Position numbers and translations under genes: made by a program. From the NCBI GenBank assembly GCA_030141605.1, contig JAQGDQ010000192.1, forward strand, positions 62,001-126,000: 64,000 nt of DNA, written 5' to 3'. Source of the stretch: Tubiluchus corallicola. Taxonomy: Eukaryota; Animalia; Priapulida. This document shows positions 38,101 through 52,069 of this stretch, piece after piece. Below the pieces are notes generated by a model. It was given only the letters and a program-made list of their open reading frames with translations. It was not told the origin of the DNA and searched no databases. Position 1 is the stretch's first letter. The number at the start of each line of letters is the position of its first letter.

Positions 38101-41100
38101 CTTTTAATTTGCCGAAGCCCTGTTATGTACGTAGTGTAATGCTATTTCCCTCATGTAATAGTTAACAATAATAAGATTGATGACGTCCGCTTTGTGTACT
38201 TATCCGCTTGTAATGTTTCCCTTTATTAGAGTGGGACTGCAGTATCTTTGCCAATTACTGTTTCGGGTTTGTGTACTCAGTATACCTATATTATTACCCA
38301 AACTGCTGCTTCTGTGTTGCATGCACGTATACGGGTTCTTTTGATGATGATCTATAACATTCCCTTGGCGGTGAATGACGTAATTATAGCTAAACTGTCT
38401 AGGTAGACTCGCCTCGGCGGACTATCTAGCTAAGTTGCATTTACGGACATCCGTAATTGGGTCTACTGATATAATATATTATCACAATGATGATCATAGA
38501 TTTTGCCCTACAGCGAGCTTAATAATCAGCCAAAGCCCTTGACCTCTAGTATGAATATGCATTTGGGCCACATACCTTGACCTCTAGTATGAATATGCAT
38601 TTGGGCCACATACCTTGACTTCTAGTATGAATAAGCATTTGGGTCACATACCTTGACTTCTAGTATGAATATGCATTTGGGCCACATACCTTGACTTCTA
38701 GTATGAATATGCATTTGGGTCACATACCTCGACTTCTAGTATGAATATGCATTTGGGCCACATACCTTGACTTCTAGTATGAATATGCATTTGGGCCACA
38801 TACCTTGACTTCTAGTATGAATAAGCATTTGGGTCACATACCTTGACTTCTAGTATGAATATGCATTTGGGCCACATACCTTGACTTCTAGTATGAATAT
38901 GTATTTGCGTCACTTACCTTGACTTCTAGTATGAATACGCATTTTGGTCACTTACCTTGACTTCTAGTATGAATACGCATTTTGGTCACTTACCTTGACT
39001 TCTAGTATGAATACGCATGTGCGTCACTTACCTTGACTTCTAGTATGAATACGCATGTGCGTCACTTACCTTGACCTCTAGTATGAATATGCATGTGCGT
39101 CACTTACTTTGACTTCTAGTATGAATACGCATTTTGGTCACTTACCTTGACCTCTAGTATGAATATGCATGTGCGTCACTTACTTTGACTTCTTGTATGA
39201 ATACGCATTTTGGTCACTTACCTTGACTTCTAGTATGAATACACATGTGCGTCACTTACTTTGACTTCTAGTATGAATACGCATTTTGGTCACTTACCTT
39301 GACTTCTAGTATGAATACGCATTTTGGTCACTCACCTTTGCTTCTGGTATGAATATGTATTTGCGTCACTTACCTTGACTTCTAGTATGAATACGCATTT
39401 TGGTCACTTACCTTGACTTCTAGTATGAATATGTATTTGCGTCACTTACCTTGACTTCTAGTATGAATACGCATTTTGGTCACTTACCTTGACTTCTAGT
39501 ATGAATACGCATTTTGGTCACTTACCTTGACTTCTAGTATGAATATGTATTTGCGTCACTTACCTTGAGTTCTAGTATGAATATGCGTTTTGGTCACTTA
39601 CCTTGACTTCTAGTATGAATACGCATTTTGGTCACTTACCTTGACTTCTAGTATGAATATGTATTTGCGTCACTTACCTTGAGTTCTAGTATGAATACGC
39701 GTTTTGGTCACTTACCTTGACCTCTAATATGAATATGCATTTGGGCCACATACCTTGACTTCTAATATGAATAAGCATTTGGGTCACATACCTTGACTTC
39801 TAGTATGAATATGCATTTGGGCCACATACCTTGACTTCTAGTATGAATATGCATTTGGGTCACATACCTCGACTTCTAGTATGAATATGCATTTGGGTCA
39901 CATACCTTGACTTCTAGTATGAATATGCATGTGCGTCACTTACTTTGACTTCTAGTATGAATACACATTTTGGTCACTTACCTTGACCTCTAGTATGAAT
40001 ATGCATGTGCGTCACTTACTTTGACTTCTAGTATGAATACGCATTTTGGTCACTTACCTTGACCTCTAGTATGAATATGCATGTGCGTCACTTACTTTGA
40101 CTTCTAGTATGAATACGCATTTTGGTCACTTACCTTTACTTCTGGTATGAATATGTATTTGCGTCACTTACCTTGACTTCTAGTATGAATACGCATTTTG
40201 GTCACTTACCTTGACTTCTAGTATGAATATGTATTTGCGTCACTTACCTTGACTTCTAGTATGAATACGCATTTTGGTCACTTACCTTGACTTCTAGTAT
40301 GAATACGCATTTTGGTCACTTACCTTGACTTCTAGTATGAATATGTATTTGCGTCACTTACCCTGAGTTCTAGTATGAATACGCGTTTTGGTCACTTACC
40401 GTGACTTCTAGTATGAATATGCATTTGCGTCACTTACCTTGACTACTAGTATGAATATGCATTTGGGTCGCTTACCTTAACTTCGTCTTACTTTAGCCTC
40501 GTTATTTTTGTAATAACGAAAACAGTTCTCACTTAGACATGACACTTAACGGGTAAGGTCTTCACTTTTCCAAATTTCAAGTTTACCGTTGTGCTCACGC
40601 CTGAGCTGTCGAACACGTGTACTACGTCACAACTGAACGTCTCTGAACGGAGAGGTACAGCACCTGTTTTTGTGCAACGCGTTTCTGAGATGCAGGTGCT
40701 AGTGCCCTAACTAGCCAATGGCAAGATGCTTGTAACGCGGGAAGGACTAGCCGCGCGAACGCGAAATTACAATTCTGAGGTAATAATTCTTTCACATAAG
40801 CCATTCTTGAAAAAATAGTGTGTCCCTTGTCAATATTGTACAAGCTAGACTATTTTGAACAATAGCTTAAGATTGGGTCCGGTTTTTCTTTAATTATTCA
40901 TGTTCCCTGATTTAGCTCTTGAACAAAAATTTTAAATCATCCTCGAAGGCTGGCATTAATCTTTGTTACTTGTTATGATTATGTTTATGATTACTTTAGT
41001 GTTTACTGACGAGGATGTTTCACCGTTTAGACCATCGCATGGTGACCCGGAGACAGGGCCGGATTATGACCTTTTGAGGCCCCTAGGCAAATGAAATTAT

Positions 41101-44100
41101 GGGCCCCTCAGATAGAGCCACACTTTAACTTGCTCACAGTTGTGTCGAATACCTTTTACTTGTGATATACTTTAGCAACATTTGCATAGCTGAGACCTCA
41201 TATTTCTAATTAAAGAGCTCAAAGAGGGGCCCCATCTCAAATAAAGGGCCTCAAACAAGAGCCCTTTGTCTCAAACAAAAAGGTCTCAAACAGATATTCT
41301 TTATCGCAAATGAGAAGTCACTTTAAAATTGGATTTTCAGACTTCATGGCATCCTTTTTTTAAAGTCAGCAATGCAAAGTATGGGCCCCCTAAGCCTGTA
41401 GACCATACAGCCCATTAGATTCAAGACAGGCCTTAATTCCATCTCAACAACTCGTAACTAATCCAACATCTAAATTACTTTATTTACGCTAGACTAATTA
41501 CTACCTAATTAAATTAGCATTTTGTAATTAATTTTGAGGATAGAATAATCGGTGGATAACTAATTATTTATTTATGACCCAAGATTATAAAGATTATCAA
41601 TTAATGATGGAACAAACGCTGAAATTACTAAAAATAAACATAACTAAAAATGAAAAATGTAAAAATTTGAATTCAGCTTAATTCGAACCAAATTATTCAG
41701 TTCAGTTCATTTTCTTCACTACATTTAATTTAATTTTGCATATAAAAATTTGTACTTATCTGAATTAAATGGATAACAAATACAAGGTTAATATGAACAA
41801 ATCCGTATAAAATTCACACCACGTGACACTAGAGAACTTGGATTATATTAGCTTATATAAGTCCACTAGTATTAGTAATGAATATTTCGTTAATAACATA
41901 TCATTGTTTTTTCTATTTTTTTCTTTGGATTACGGCCCATTGACCACTAGACCACACAGCCCCTTGTGTACAAGACAGGCTTTAAACAAATCAATCCAGC
42001 AGGTCTAATCATAGTATTAGACTTGTATTTCAAGTTTATGATTCAGAATTGTCAATCAAAAAGCAAAAAAGTCGCAGTGCTTCTCTGTAATGCAGCTTTG
42101 ACCTTTTACTATCCAAACCGTCAAGATTCATTCGCTCTAAAAAGCGCTAACTGACTGAAAACGTCATCATGAATCTGAAAGGAGTCACAGCGAGTTCCAA
42201 GCAAAATAAAACCAATTCGGAATGCTACTTTCATCGTCTGAACATCACTAGTTACTGCTACAATAATTTACTCTTTTTAGGACTGCTCTTAACACGAACA
42301 GACTAAGAAAGCTGTCTTGTAAAGATGTACGTTAATCCCGGTGGAGCAAATTGCCGTATTTTATTGTTACGTTGCCGTTTCGTTTGATTACTGCTTAATA
42401 CGTTTGGTAGACGCAGTGCCATTAAATGAGCATTTAAAACAACGAGGCGCAATAAAAGAGTGCAAAGTGAATGCTAAATAGTCTTGCGTTGATTATACCG
42501 AGTTTTATGTTGTTAGTTGCACTTTTACGACTTCTCCCCGAAATATATAATCACGTAGAGACAATAAAGTACGTGCTTGACCAAATTTGAATGCACTTGA
42601 GCACTAAATAATGCTAAATTAACGTACATTAACGAGTAAGCATAACAACAACAATCACAACGATAACGACAGCGACGACAACACCGACAATGACGATGAC
42701 GACAACAACAACAACAACAGTAGCAACAGCAGCGGCAGCAACAGCAGCAACAGCAGTAGCAACAACAACGACAACAGCAACAACAATCATCAAAATTAAG
42801 TGTAGCAAGTTGATTTCTCTTGGGTGATAGTAGTGGGATGGCAAGTGCTGTACAAATTTTGTGGAACCTATTTTGGTGCAAGATTAGCGTTGCAGAACAA
42901 GTTACTTTAGTGCTTAGTGTAAATGTCATTGTTGCTATTTTTATTACTATAACTGTTTTTAAAATAACACTTAGTACTTGGTAACAATTCCAAATTATTT
43001 TTTCAGCTGTACCTGCAGCTCTTGATACATTTTAAAATTTCTGATAATAGTATGAAATCTCGTTTGCTTAAGATTGATATTCAGTTCGTTCTGTTTAAAT
43101 TGTTATCTGTATGTTAAGATGTCATAAAAACACTTTTTGAAACGTACTTATCTACTGTCACATCTACCATTTATTAATAGAAATAATTAAAGTCTTGTCA
43201 CCAGTGGCACTGCATCTTTATAACATAAAAAATCTAAAGATTTAATACTCGAGTGTCATAATGGCACTCCAAATCACATTGAGAATATCGAGGTTTTCGA
43301 GTTTTCCTTGTCCATTCTCTTTTATCTTCAAAAATGACGTACAAAATGACGGAAAATAAATGTAGGTAAATTTGAATCAATTTAAAATTTATTTTAGTTA
43401 AACATTAACCGAATAGTGAATTGGTACAGATTTTTTCGTTTTGAACCAAGACATCCTAGCTAATCCCCTGCCAAATTTCAACGCGATTGACACGTGTGAA
43501 CGTGCAATTTTAAGTCAGTTTAAAATTAATTAGTTAATAGCGTTTATTAATTAACTAGCTAACGAATTGCTACAATTCTTGCGTTGAACCAAGAACATCC
43601 AAATTAATCAAAATAGCTAATTTCAACTCAGTTAGGTAACTACTTTTGGAATTGGAGCAATTTAAAAAATTAATTAACTAATTGACTAATCAATGAATTG
43701 TAACAAATTTTTTGTACTGAACCCAGAACTTCCTATTAAGTCACCGCACTAAATTTCAACTCGATTGGCTAAATACTTTTAGAGTTATTTCAACTCATTT
43801 GGGGTATAAAAGTTGAAAAAGTGAATGTGTGACTAAGTAATCGGTTTTTTTTCTAAGACCCATTTCACAGTGAGCAAAATTCCTCGTGCAATTCCTTGTG
43901 AGGAATTCTGCTGCCAGCTAGAAGCTACGCGTCCTCCTCGTGAGAAATACTGCATGTTCCATTTTCGTGATGAAACCTCGCAGAATGCAAAATTTGGTCT
44001 AAAATTTAACTAGTCGGTTACTTCTTTCTTATTTAGCGAACAACAATTAACACGTTTCAGCATAAAATTCTATTATTTAATCTCTCTTTTAACAGACTGA

Positions 44101-47100
44101 CGATTTATTAATGCAACACCGATGACTATGTTCATGAAAAAGAAAAATAACGCACTCATATATTTATTTTATATGTGTATATTTTCAGATTTTGAAGTGA
44201 TTAATAGAACTTTACTAGAAAAATAAGCAGGCCTGACATTGCTATTGACTAACATTATTAATTGTACTTTGTATATGAGAAATATGGCAAGTATAACTTA
44301 ATTTAGTCATGGTTATACAGTAGAAAACCGAAGATAACTAGACGCGCGGAAAAAACCGGACGGTTTCACTGTGAGATGAAGTTTCTTGCATGGGACTTCG
44401 AGAAAAATCGGAAATGACAGCAAATCCGTGCGCCATGTTTCCTTGTGTCCTCACTGTAAAATGGATCTAAGACGCGACTATCGCTTGGAAATGATACGGA
44501 GACTTTTCATCAAGCCGAAGTAAATTATTTCACCGATAAAATTAAATTTTCAAGAACCATTGAAATATTGTGTAATGTGCCTTTTCAATCTAGTACAATC
44601 ATTGCACAATTTCAGCTGAATCAATAGTCAGCAGGATTATTCCGTAGTATTTGCTGAAATTACGACTTTTTTATGGTAGATTAATATTGCTGAATATGAG
44701 ACTTCGAGAAGACATAAACGACAAAGACCGATTTGTTTAAGATCTAATTAACTGTAGCTGAGATTGAGCTTGCGCAACTATATAGAAAATGATTCTACCC
44801 TAGAGAAGGAAGACGACTAGACCCGTTCTACTCACATTAGTACGGTTCGAAGTGTATTGTATAGTAGAAGTTGAACGTCTCACCGAGCTCGAGATGAAGG
44901 ATCAGAAATCTGACTCCATGAAAAAATGCGAAATTTGTTATAGTGCATTCGTTCGCAGGTTTAGGTTTAATTCAGGTTCTGAAATTTTTTAGAGAATAGC
45001 ATCAGTGCCGCCATCTTCAATTCAGGATGTCAATCGATGCAGAATTCGTTCTAGTATGTTCATGTAAAGTTTCAGGAGAATCTGTTGTGAATTGGTGAAG
45101 CATAAGTTTTTTCGAAAATGATGTTATCACTGCCGGATTTTAATGTTGGATTTGAACTCTAGATGGCAAATCAAAAATCTGTCTCTGTCTGTCAATGTGG
45201 AATTCGTTCTAGTATATTCATGTGAAATTTCTTGTGACAATCCGTTGCGAATTGGCGGAGCCTTGGGTTTTTTCGAAAATGACATTATCGCCGCCATCTT
45301 GAAAATGCCAGAACTAAAGAACGTTTCCATGAGTCAATGCAGAATGAGTTCTAGTTCTAGTTTCTTTGCGATTTATTGCAACTTCACGAAGCCGTAGGTC
45401 TTTTTTCTAAAGGTCACCCCCCAACAAAGAACAACGTCCAGATGAATAGCAGTTTGGGTTGAGTCCCTTGACCAAAAAGTCACAAAGCTTGGCTGATCAG
45501 CAATGTGACCGATAAGCTCCTTGTCCAAGTTCCAAACAGACCCAATTAAATGCTGACTACAGACTCCCGGACTCGGTCGTATACGTTTTACTATTTCAAA
45601 TTATATGCTTTATTTTACAAATTTGCGTGTAAACTAGAACCCACAGAAACATTTAATTGATTAAGCAATGGCAGGATTGTGCATTAATACGGCACACACG
45701 TTTAAAAAATTGTGATGTAAAAAGTAAATTTTGAAAACATGGGGGTAGATTAGTGAATTCATTATTTGACAAAAAGTGCTACAACTGCTACCAAACTCTC
45801 AGGTAGTTTTTACCTAGGCCTTTATAAACATGGAAACGATGGAAAAGAGCCAGGATGTCATTTTATCATGAAAACAAAATAATGCATGTTCAAAGTGCTG
45901 GCTGAATAACATACTCGTTGTTATTACGTAAATAAGCTTATGCCTATGAAGTTTAAACTTTAAATCCTTGACTTGCCTCTACAACACGCGTATTCCTAGA
46001 TCCCGTTTTTTGCATAGGCCTATATAGGCTAATTCAACTGTGCCTTGTCACGTTGTACTTGTATTTTTCGTGCACTGCTCAACAGTTTATTATTTATTTA
46101 TTTTATTTATTATAATCTTTTATGAGGGTAGCTCCTTCACTGATTAGCACTGCTTCCCAAGGAGGACCTCAGTTGTTTACAAACACATGCTGATATATAC
46201 ATTTAATTCAAGCAATTTCATTACAGCAGCTGCGTTTACGATTTTCTAACAGAATAAAATGATTATCAGATCATTACTGGCATTAAAAGAAACATAAAAT
46301 TAAGTTAATTACAAAATACGTAAAGTAACGAGGTATATAACTGTAATTTATATCTGATATTAGGCTATTCAATACACGAAAAATAAGTATATTATCGAAA
46401 TCCAATAAGCTTTTACAAAGTTACTCGGCAGCTCGAAAACTGAATATAAATTGGATATTTGAATTGTATTTTGCTTCCCAGTTTGTCATGTGTGCAATGT
46501 TTTCTTTATTTTATTCGTGCTGATTTTATTTTTGCTGTCAAACCAACGGTCACCGCTTGAAGTTACAGCTCATTCACTGTCAACTTTATTGTTTTAAAAT
46601 CTTTTCTCTAACAGAAAAATTAAAATCTGAAATCAACTACCAGAGTTTGCTTGGTGGTGCCCACTTGGCCTGTGTTTAAAGGAGTAAACTTTAAAAAACT
46701 GCTGAAAAGATATATAGATGAAATTATCTATCTTTTAACCAACAGCTGTAAGCAGCCTTGGCTCTTCGCGCTTTTATCCTTTATGCTTAATCTTTTAATT
46801 AGCCATTTATCTGTAAAACTTTTGTTTTGTACTATATAAATGATTTATCCTCCTTCCATATTTTATACTTTCTTGTAAATAGCCTGTTTTCTTGTATTTT
46901 TTTTTACTAAAGTATTAAATGAAATGAAATAAAATGTTTAATGTTTATGCTCATCTGTACAATAGACAAAGCAATTTTCTTAAAACTAAGTGTCCACGTT
47001 CAGCTGTCTAAGTTTCTGTTTTTTTTTCAGAATGCATCTGTACAATGAAATGGTAGCTAAACAAGAACAACGTACAAAGAACAACATAAATAAAAGTAAA

Positions 47101-50100
47101 GATGTGCCTGAGTATGTAGATAAATTTGGCTTCCACATAACAACCTGCTGTGGCTACCTTCCCCAGGATAATGCATGGTGTGATGACTGGGTGGTAAGAA
47201 AAGCTTCGATGTTTTATGATTACCGAAACTGTATTAAAATGATACCAGCTTACAATACTTCATTCTGTGTTAATAGATGTCACCACCCTATGCGTAATAT
47301 ACTACTAATGCTATCTGCTATTTACTATATATTGCTATTTAATTGGTTACTAAATTTAAAGCTTTAAATGTTTATTTTTAGTCATTTTACACAAGAAATA
47401 AACTGAAGGCACAAATGGATTTGCTGGAAAAGCAGGTAAGATACCTAACATTAAAATTGCAGTGTGGTGTAGAAAATGCAATAATATACTAGAAAAAGCG
47501 AATTGAAATCGGAGCTAACCACATCAATGCATTTTATCATTTTACATACATGAAACCACTTGCCTTTAATGTAACCTGAAAACTGACTCCTAATAGGCAG
47601 GGGCGGGTTAACCATTAGGCCAATAAGGCTATGGCCTTAGGTTCTAAATTTTGATAGGCCCTGGAAGTCCTGAGACTGATGACCAATAGACAGTGATATT
47701 TCTGTTTAGTAAACAGGATAACAAAATTATTTAAACTGAACATGCTAAAGAGAAGTAGTTTGTATTTGCTTTTCTTTTTTGTGCATTGCTAGTGAGCATT
47801 TGAGAGATCGAGCTTATATTGGACAAAAAATTGTTCATTTTCTACTGTAGACCCACACATTCGGATCCAGGATGCATCGCCACAAAACATTTGGTCTCAC
47901 GTAGCCTTGGCCATAAAGGCAATTTTAGGCATTGTCTGTTTTGGACACATAGGTCATTTGGTCACACGGGTCACACGTGTCATTTGGACACATAAGCTAT
48001 TTAGACACAAGAATTCAACAATTGTAAAGAGTATATCATTTAGACATGTGAAAGATACTTCTCATTGTCCACTGTTTTAGAACCTCAATGACGAGCAGCA
48101 ATTCGTCTTTTGGTAAATCCAGGCGAAAAGGCATGACAAATAAAATCATCCCCATTCATCAGGAATAACGTTTGTGCTGTTGATAAGTATACACAAAAAC
48201 TGAAGAACAGCTCCATAACAATTAATATTTATTTGTAGTTTCCAAGAAGTTTGAAGGCGATCTGGCCTGTGCATCAATTGGTGTTGCACAAGCTGCTAAC
48301 TTTAAATATGCTAAGATTAATTACCAGGATGCATTACTTTTGGAATCACTGAGCTTAGTAAAAGGCTAACGATATAAAGAAAACGTTGAGTAAATGCATT
48401 ATTCATAATACTTAACTGGTATTCAGTGTAATCAATGAAAAATCGAAGGCAAAGATCTTAATTACAAATTTTCGATTTGCAATTCAAATCAGGCATGAAT
48501 GAGGCGATGATGAATTTAATATTTCCAATGATCCCTCCTATAATGTGGTAGAGAAAGAGCTTTTGGTGTAAGCAAATCCAAAAGAGAAGACTGCATTGGA
48601 TTGGACGTATATTGGACTAGAGGTGCAGTAATGTCCTCCAGACATGCAGGAATCTCATCTTCTTACGGTATTATGTAAGGCTCTTGCAACAAATAGCCCA
48701 AAGTATCAACTGTTGAAAAATAAATTTGTACTGCGAAGGACTCAGCATACACAACTCCAAATTTGAGAGAATGCGTAGACATATATAAAAATACGCATAT
48801 ATATAATTACATATATGTTCGTTTGTCCACACACGATAAACGAATTGTGTAATAGATTGTGCAGTCCTCAATGCCGCTTACAGATGCTCAATACACTGCG
48901 CAATATTCAGTATATATTCAGACCTATATTATTACTGCAGGTGTATATGTTTCCTAAGACGCAGTGGAATTCAAACAGAAAATTCTATAATAAACAATAT
49001 ACATATTTTTATAACAATGATAATCAAGAGATGCAATTTTGAAATAACTGTCAATCTTTCGATGCTCTATTTTTCTTGTTTAATGAAATGATTGATTAGA
49101 TTTTTGATTGTCAGAGCATCCTTTACAAACTATTCCAATTACATGCTTTATCATTAATAGCGGTATTACGCAAAATGTTTTGTATGAAAAATTGTCACTC
49201 AGTTGTGTCTAAATATTGCTGATTTGTAGAAAAAAGATTATTACTGATGAAACAGACGTTTTTAATATGCTGAAAATTATTACACATACAAAAGTGCTGA
49301 AAAATTGTTCCTAACTGTCCCAACTATGCTTAGTACAGCGCTCTTTATGAAAACTGAGAGGAATCTTTATGAGCTTTCAACTGACCATATTTGGGACAGT
49401 AAGGAGAATACAATTTGTCAGCAAATATCGCGTGCATTAATTTTCGGGCATATCAAAGATGTCACTTTCATCCTTATGATAATTTCATGAAAAATTCATC
49501 AACACTATATGCAAAATAAAAAAGACGACAGAATGCTACCCTGTCTCAGGCCATTAGTGACATTAAAATCTTCTTCATTTAGGAGACACCAGTGGACTGC
49601 TATACGAACTTTTAAATATGTTAATAACTTTGGTATACCCAGATGACAGAATTTAGAGAATAGTTTGTTATGATTCACCTTATCAATGGCCTCTAGTAAT
49701 AACAATAACATTTGTTATTGTTATCATTAGATATTATATATTTATGATTCGTTAATCTAATTGTGCGTGTAAATTACATTTTATATGCAAGTAGCTATAG
49801 TTAATATATATAATTACATGCATACTTGAGTATTCTTACCAACATAATGTTGAACTGTTTGCAAATAAAATGGCGTTGCAAACAAAAACATGCACCTATA
49901 GCTGTTTTCACACACCAAAATCGTCACGCTAGCGTATAGTAAACAAGAATTTGTTGATTTTATATTAGAGGGGAGACAGGGAAGCCTTAGAACTGTGGTC
50001 ACACCTGCAATTGAAGATATCTGATTTTTTCAAACACATTGACGTAAAACCGTCTCTTTTACATGGAGATCTATGGTCTGGCAACGTAGCTCAAACTTCT

Positions 50101-52069
50101 GATGGACCAGGTTTATATGACATTATTATTTTACCTTTTAATGTTGATTATACTTGCTATAAGTCTGCGCTAAGTCTTATATTCTATTTCCATTTTATAT
50201 AAATGATCTTCTTAGTTAAAGGCTTATTGCAATGACGAAGTTGTTTAACTTTTTATTAGCTTATTTTTTTGGTGCAGCATAATTAAACGGTCCAAGAGAA
50301 TCGCTCTTGTACACTTTAGTCTTAGACGTGTGTAATGATAATGATGATGACGATAATGATGATGATGGTGTCAGTAGCGATGGCGGTAATGATGATGATG
50401 ATCTTTATTATGTATAAATGCTTCCTTATGTCACGTTTAACTCGAGCATTAGCTATTTACGTTACAATGTTTAGCATTATCATCAAACAATGGCATCGAG
50501 TTTTTTTTTCATTATACGTGCAATGAAACAGTTGAACTATCCTAGTAAAAATGTAAAATAGTTCAGCATTTTCTTTAAAAAAGTGTGAGTTTTGTTCCGG
50601 AAACCATTGCAAAAAGACCATGTCTTTATGGCAGAGATGCATTTTCAAAAATGAAATGAGTTGATAATTTTGGCATTCTTCAGTTTTCCATAGTGACTGT
50701 AATATTTCTATTTGTAGTTATCTTTGATCCAGCTGTATTCTACGGACATTCAGAATACGAGTTGGGAATTTCAGGGATGTTTGGTGGATTTTCAGACCGC
50801 TTCTACAAATCGTATCACAGTGTCATTCCCAAGGCGAAAAATTTCGATACTAGACATAAACTTTATTCCTTGTTCCATTATTTAAACCACTGGTAGGTTT
50901 TTAGTCAGTAATAAAATGAAACAAAATGAAATCTTTTTCATTTTTCTAATAATAAACACGTTACTTTCAAAGCTTTTTTATTTTGCTGTCTTTCTCTGAC
51001 TCACTCACTCACTCTGTCAGTCAGTCAGTCACTCACTCACTCACTCACTCACTCACTCACTCACTCACTCACTCACTCACTCACTCACTCACTCACTCAC
51101 TCACTCACTCACTCACTCACTCACTCACTCACTCACTCACTCACTCACTCACTCACTCACGCACGCACGCACGCACTCACTCACTCACTCACTCACTCAC
51201 TCACTCACTCACTCACTCACTCACTTGCCCTCTCTCCCCCTCTTTCCCCCATGCTCTTTCAAATTCAAATGATTGTCCTTCTTCTACAGTATCTGTTCTT
51301 ACTGTGTTATCACCATTTTCATAATTTCCTGCCTGCTTTCCTTCTTTCTTCCATTTCCATTGTATCCAATTTTTCGCATTCCGCCCCTGTCCTTTTCACC
51401 CCCAACCGAACCCAACCCACCCCATTCCATTCCATTTTGTCATTTTTAGCTTTTCCTTTTATTTTCTCTCGCAAATTCCTCACTGCATAAAATGTGTTTA
51501 CGTTTGTAGTAGCCATTAAGCAAGCAATTACTTCACTTAAAAGGTGCAATTTATTTCTGCATAAAATTTAGACAAATATTTACATACTAATAACGTCAGC
51601 TTTCAGACATTAAAACGTTTACAAAAAAGCTATTCTCTAATTTCGACAGCTGTTGCCATTTATGTGTTTTTTCCTCATCAAATTCCCTGAAAAAATGGAA
51701 AAAAGAAAAATGTTGTTCAGTTCTAGGAGTATGAGAGACCAAACTGAGATGACACTTAAAATGTTGACATTAGTGAGTTCACTGTATGCAAAATAACCAC
51801 AGCAAGAGTGCATGAAAGTGGCTTTTCGTGTTGCGAATTGAATTCAAGTGTGAAAGAACGAGTGGATTTTGACGTGGCTGTCAAATTGCCATGTGTTAGT
51901 GACTTATTTGCAAAGATATTTTCTTTCAGTTGACAGATCTTTGACAGACTTTTGAGCAAGCCTTATATGCAAACTTTAATCACTTTTTTTCTTAAGGAAC
52001 CATTTTGGAGGCGGATACAGAGGAACTGCAATATCCCTAATGAAACAATTACTGGGAAAGGAAAAGTAG
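27589..52069 (+). CDS. FN3KRP: Fructosamine-3-kinase / ketosamine-3-kinase family protein, 311 aa, 8 coding exons: 27589-27732, 36209-36292, 37508-37608, 47031-47193, 47382-47435, 49969-50110, 50718-50892, 51997-52069
   Basis: 936 nt in frame from ATG to TAG. Motifs [73 protein letters not shown]. Invertebrate gene is probably co-orthologous to FN3K and FN3KRP. Confidence 0.94.
28700..29160 (-). mobile_element. Highly decayed LINE ORF2 3' fragment
   Basis: - strand peptides (..[19 protein letters not shown]) resemble the same class of C-terminus. Confidence 0.35.
35115..35191. repeat. (GA)n microsatellite
   Basis: direct reading. Confidence 0.98.
35304..35679 (+). repeat. ~360-bp direct repeat copy 1 (upstream of FN3K exon 2)
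   Basis: collinear with 36788-37140 (cttctattcacac...aaacatataa). Confidence 0.9.
36209..36292 (+). CDS. FN3KRP: FN3K exon 2 ([28 protein letters not shown])
   Basis: family motif, ttttag acceptor, aag|gta donor. Confidence 0.93.
36788..37140 (+). repeat. ~360-bp direct repeat copy 2 (downstream of FN3K exon 2)
   Basis: collinear with 35304-35679. Confidence 0.9.
37508..37608 (+). CDS. FN3KRP: FN3K exon 3 ([15 protein letters not shown]...KLGEDLAR)
   Basis: family motif, phases match. Confidence 0.9.
38537..40484. repeat. 38-bp minisatellite, ~51 units, in FN3K intron 3
   Basis: unit ccttgacttctagtatgaata(t/c)gcattt(gggccacata|tggtcactta|gcgtcactta); period 38 (38537, 38575, ...). Confidence 0.97.
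42644..42792. repeat. (CAA/CAG/CGA)n degenerate trinucleotide repeat
   Basis: direct reading. Confidence 0.9.
43410..43790. repeat. Three degenerate ~135-145-bp tandem subunits of an interspersed repeat
   Basis: recurring gaattg.tac...tgaaccaaga...aatttcaactc. Confidence 0.6.
43857..44467. mobile_element. PIF/Harbinger (Tourist-like) MITE
   Basis: TIR gacccatttcacagtgag / ctcactgtaaaatggatc (16/18), TAA on both flanks. Confidence 0.75.
45005..45400. repeat. Degenerate ~140-160-bp tandem subunits with gccgccatctt motif
   Basis: recurring gaattcgttctagtat..tcatgt.aa.tttc and tttttcgaaaatga. Confidence 0.6.
47031..47193 (+). CDS. FN3KRP: FN3K exon 4 (MHLYN...[24 protein letters not shown])
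   Basis: family motif, gtg|gtaag donor. Confidence 0.93.
47382..47435 (+). CDS. FN3KRP: FN3K exon 5 ([18 protein letters not shown])
   Basis: family motif, cag|gtaag donor. Confidence 0.88.
49060..49711 (-). mobile_element. LINE reverse transcriptase fragment (pseudogenised)
   Basis: [12 protein letters not shown] and [14 protein letters not shown] match RT motifs KAFD.V.H and GVRQG..LSP.LF; degenerate FAD.. downstream; stops and frameshifts. Confidence 0.75.
49969..50110 (+). CDS. FN3KRP: FN3K exon 6 ([10 protein letters not shown]...[11 protein letters not shown]...)
   Basis: catalytic HGDLW.GN motif. Confidence 0.93.
50718..50892 (+). CDS. FN3KRP: FN3K exon 7 ([16 protein letters not shown]...LFHYLNH)
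   Basis: FDPA and HSEYEL motifs. Confidence 0.93.
50998..51224. repeat. (TCAC)n microsatellite
   Basis: direct reading. Confidence 0.98.
51997..52069 (+). CDS. FN3KRP: FN3K exon 8 ([24 protein letters not shown])
   Basis: WNHFG.GY motif, TAG stop. Confidence 0.92.

Noticed and set aside
38537-40484. CRISPR array
   Set aside because: Constant core plus variable half looks CRISPR-like, but the variable parts are a few recurring variants, not unique spacers; no cas genes; eukaryotic intron.
41054-41400. hAT-like MITE ends (cagggccgg...; also 47598 and 31680-32081)
   Set aside because: Matching second TIR and 8-bp TSD not found.
42525-42929. Cys-rich 134-aa ORF (metallothionein-like look)
   Set aside because: Product of a degenerate trinucleotide repeat.
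50983-51324. (SLTH)n ORF
   Set aside because: Translation of the (TCAC)n microsatellite in FN3K intron 7.
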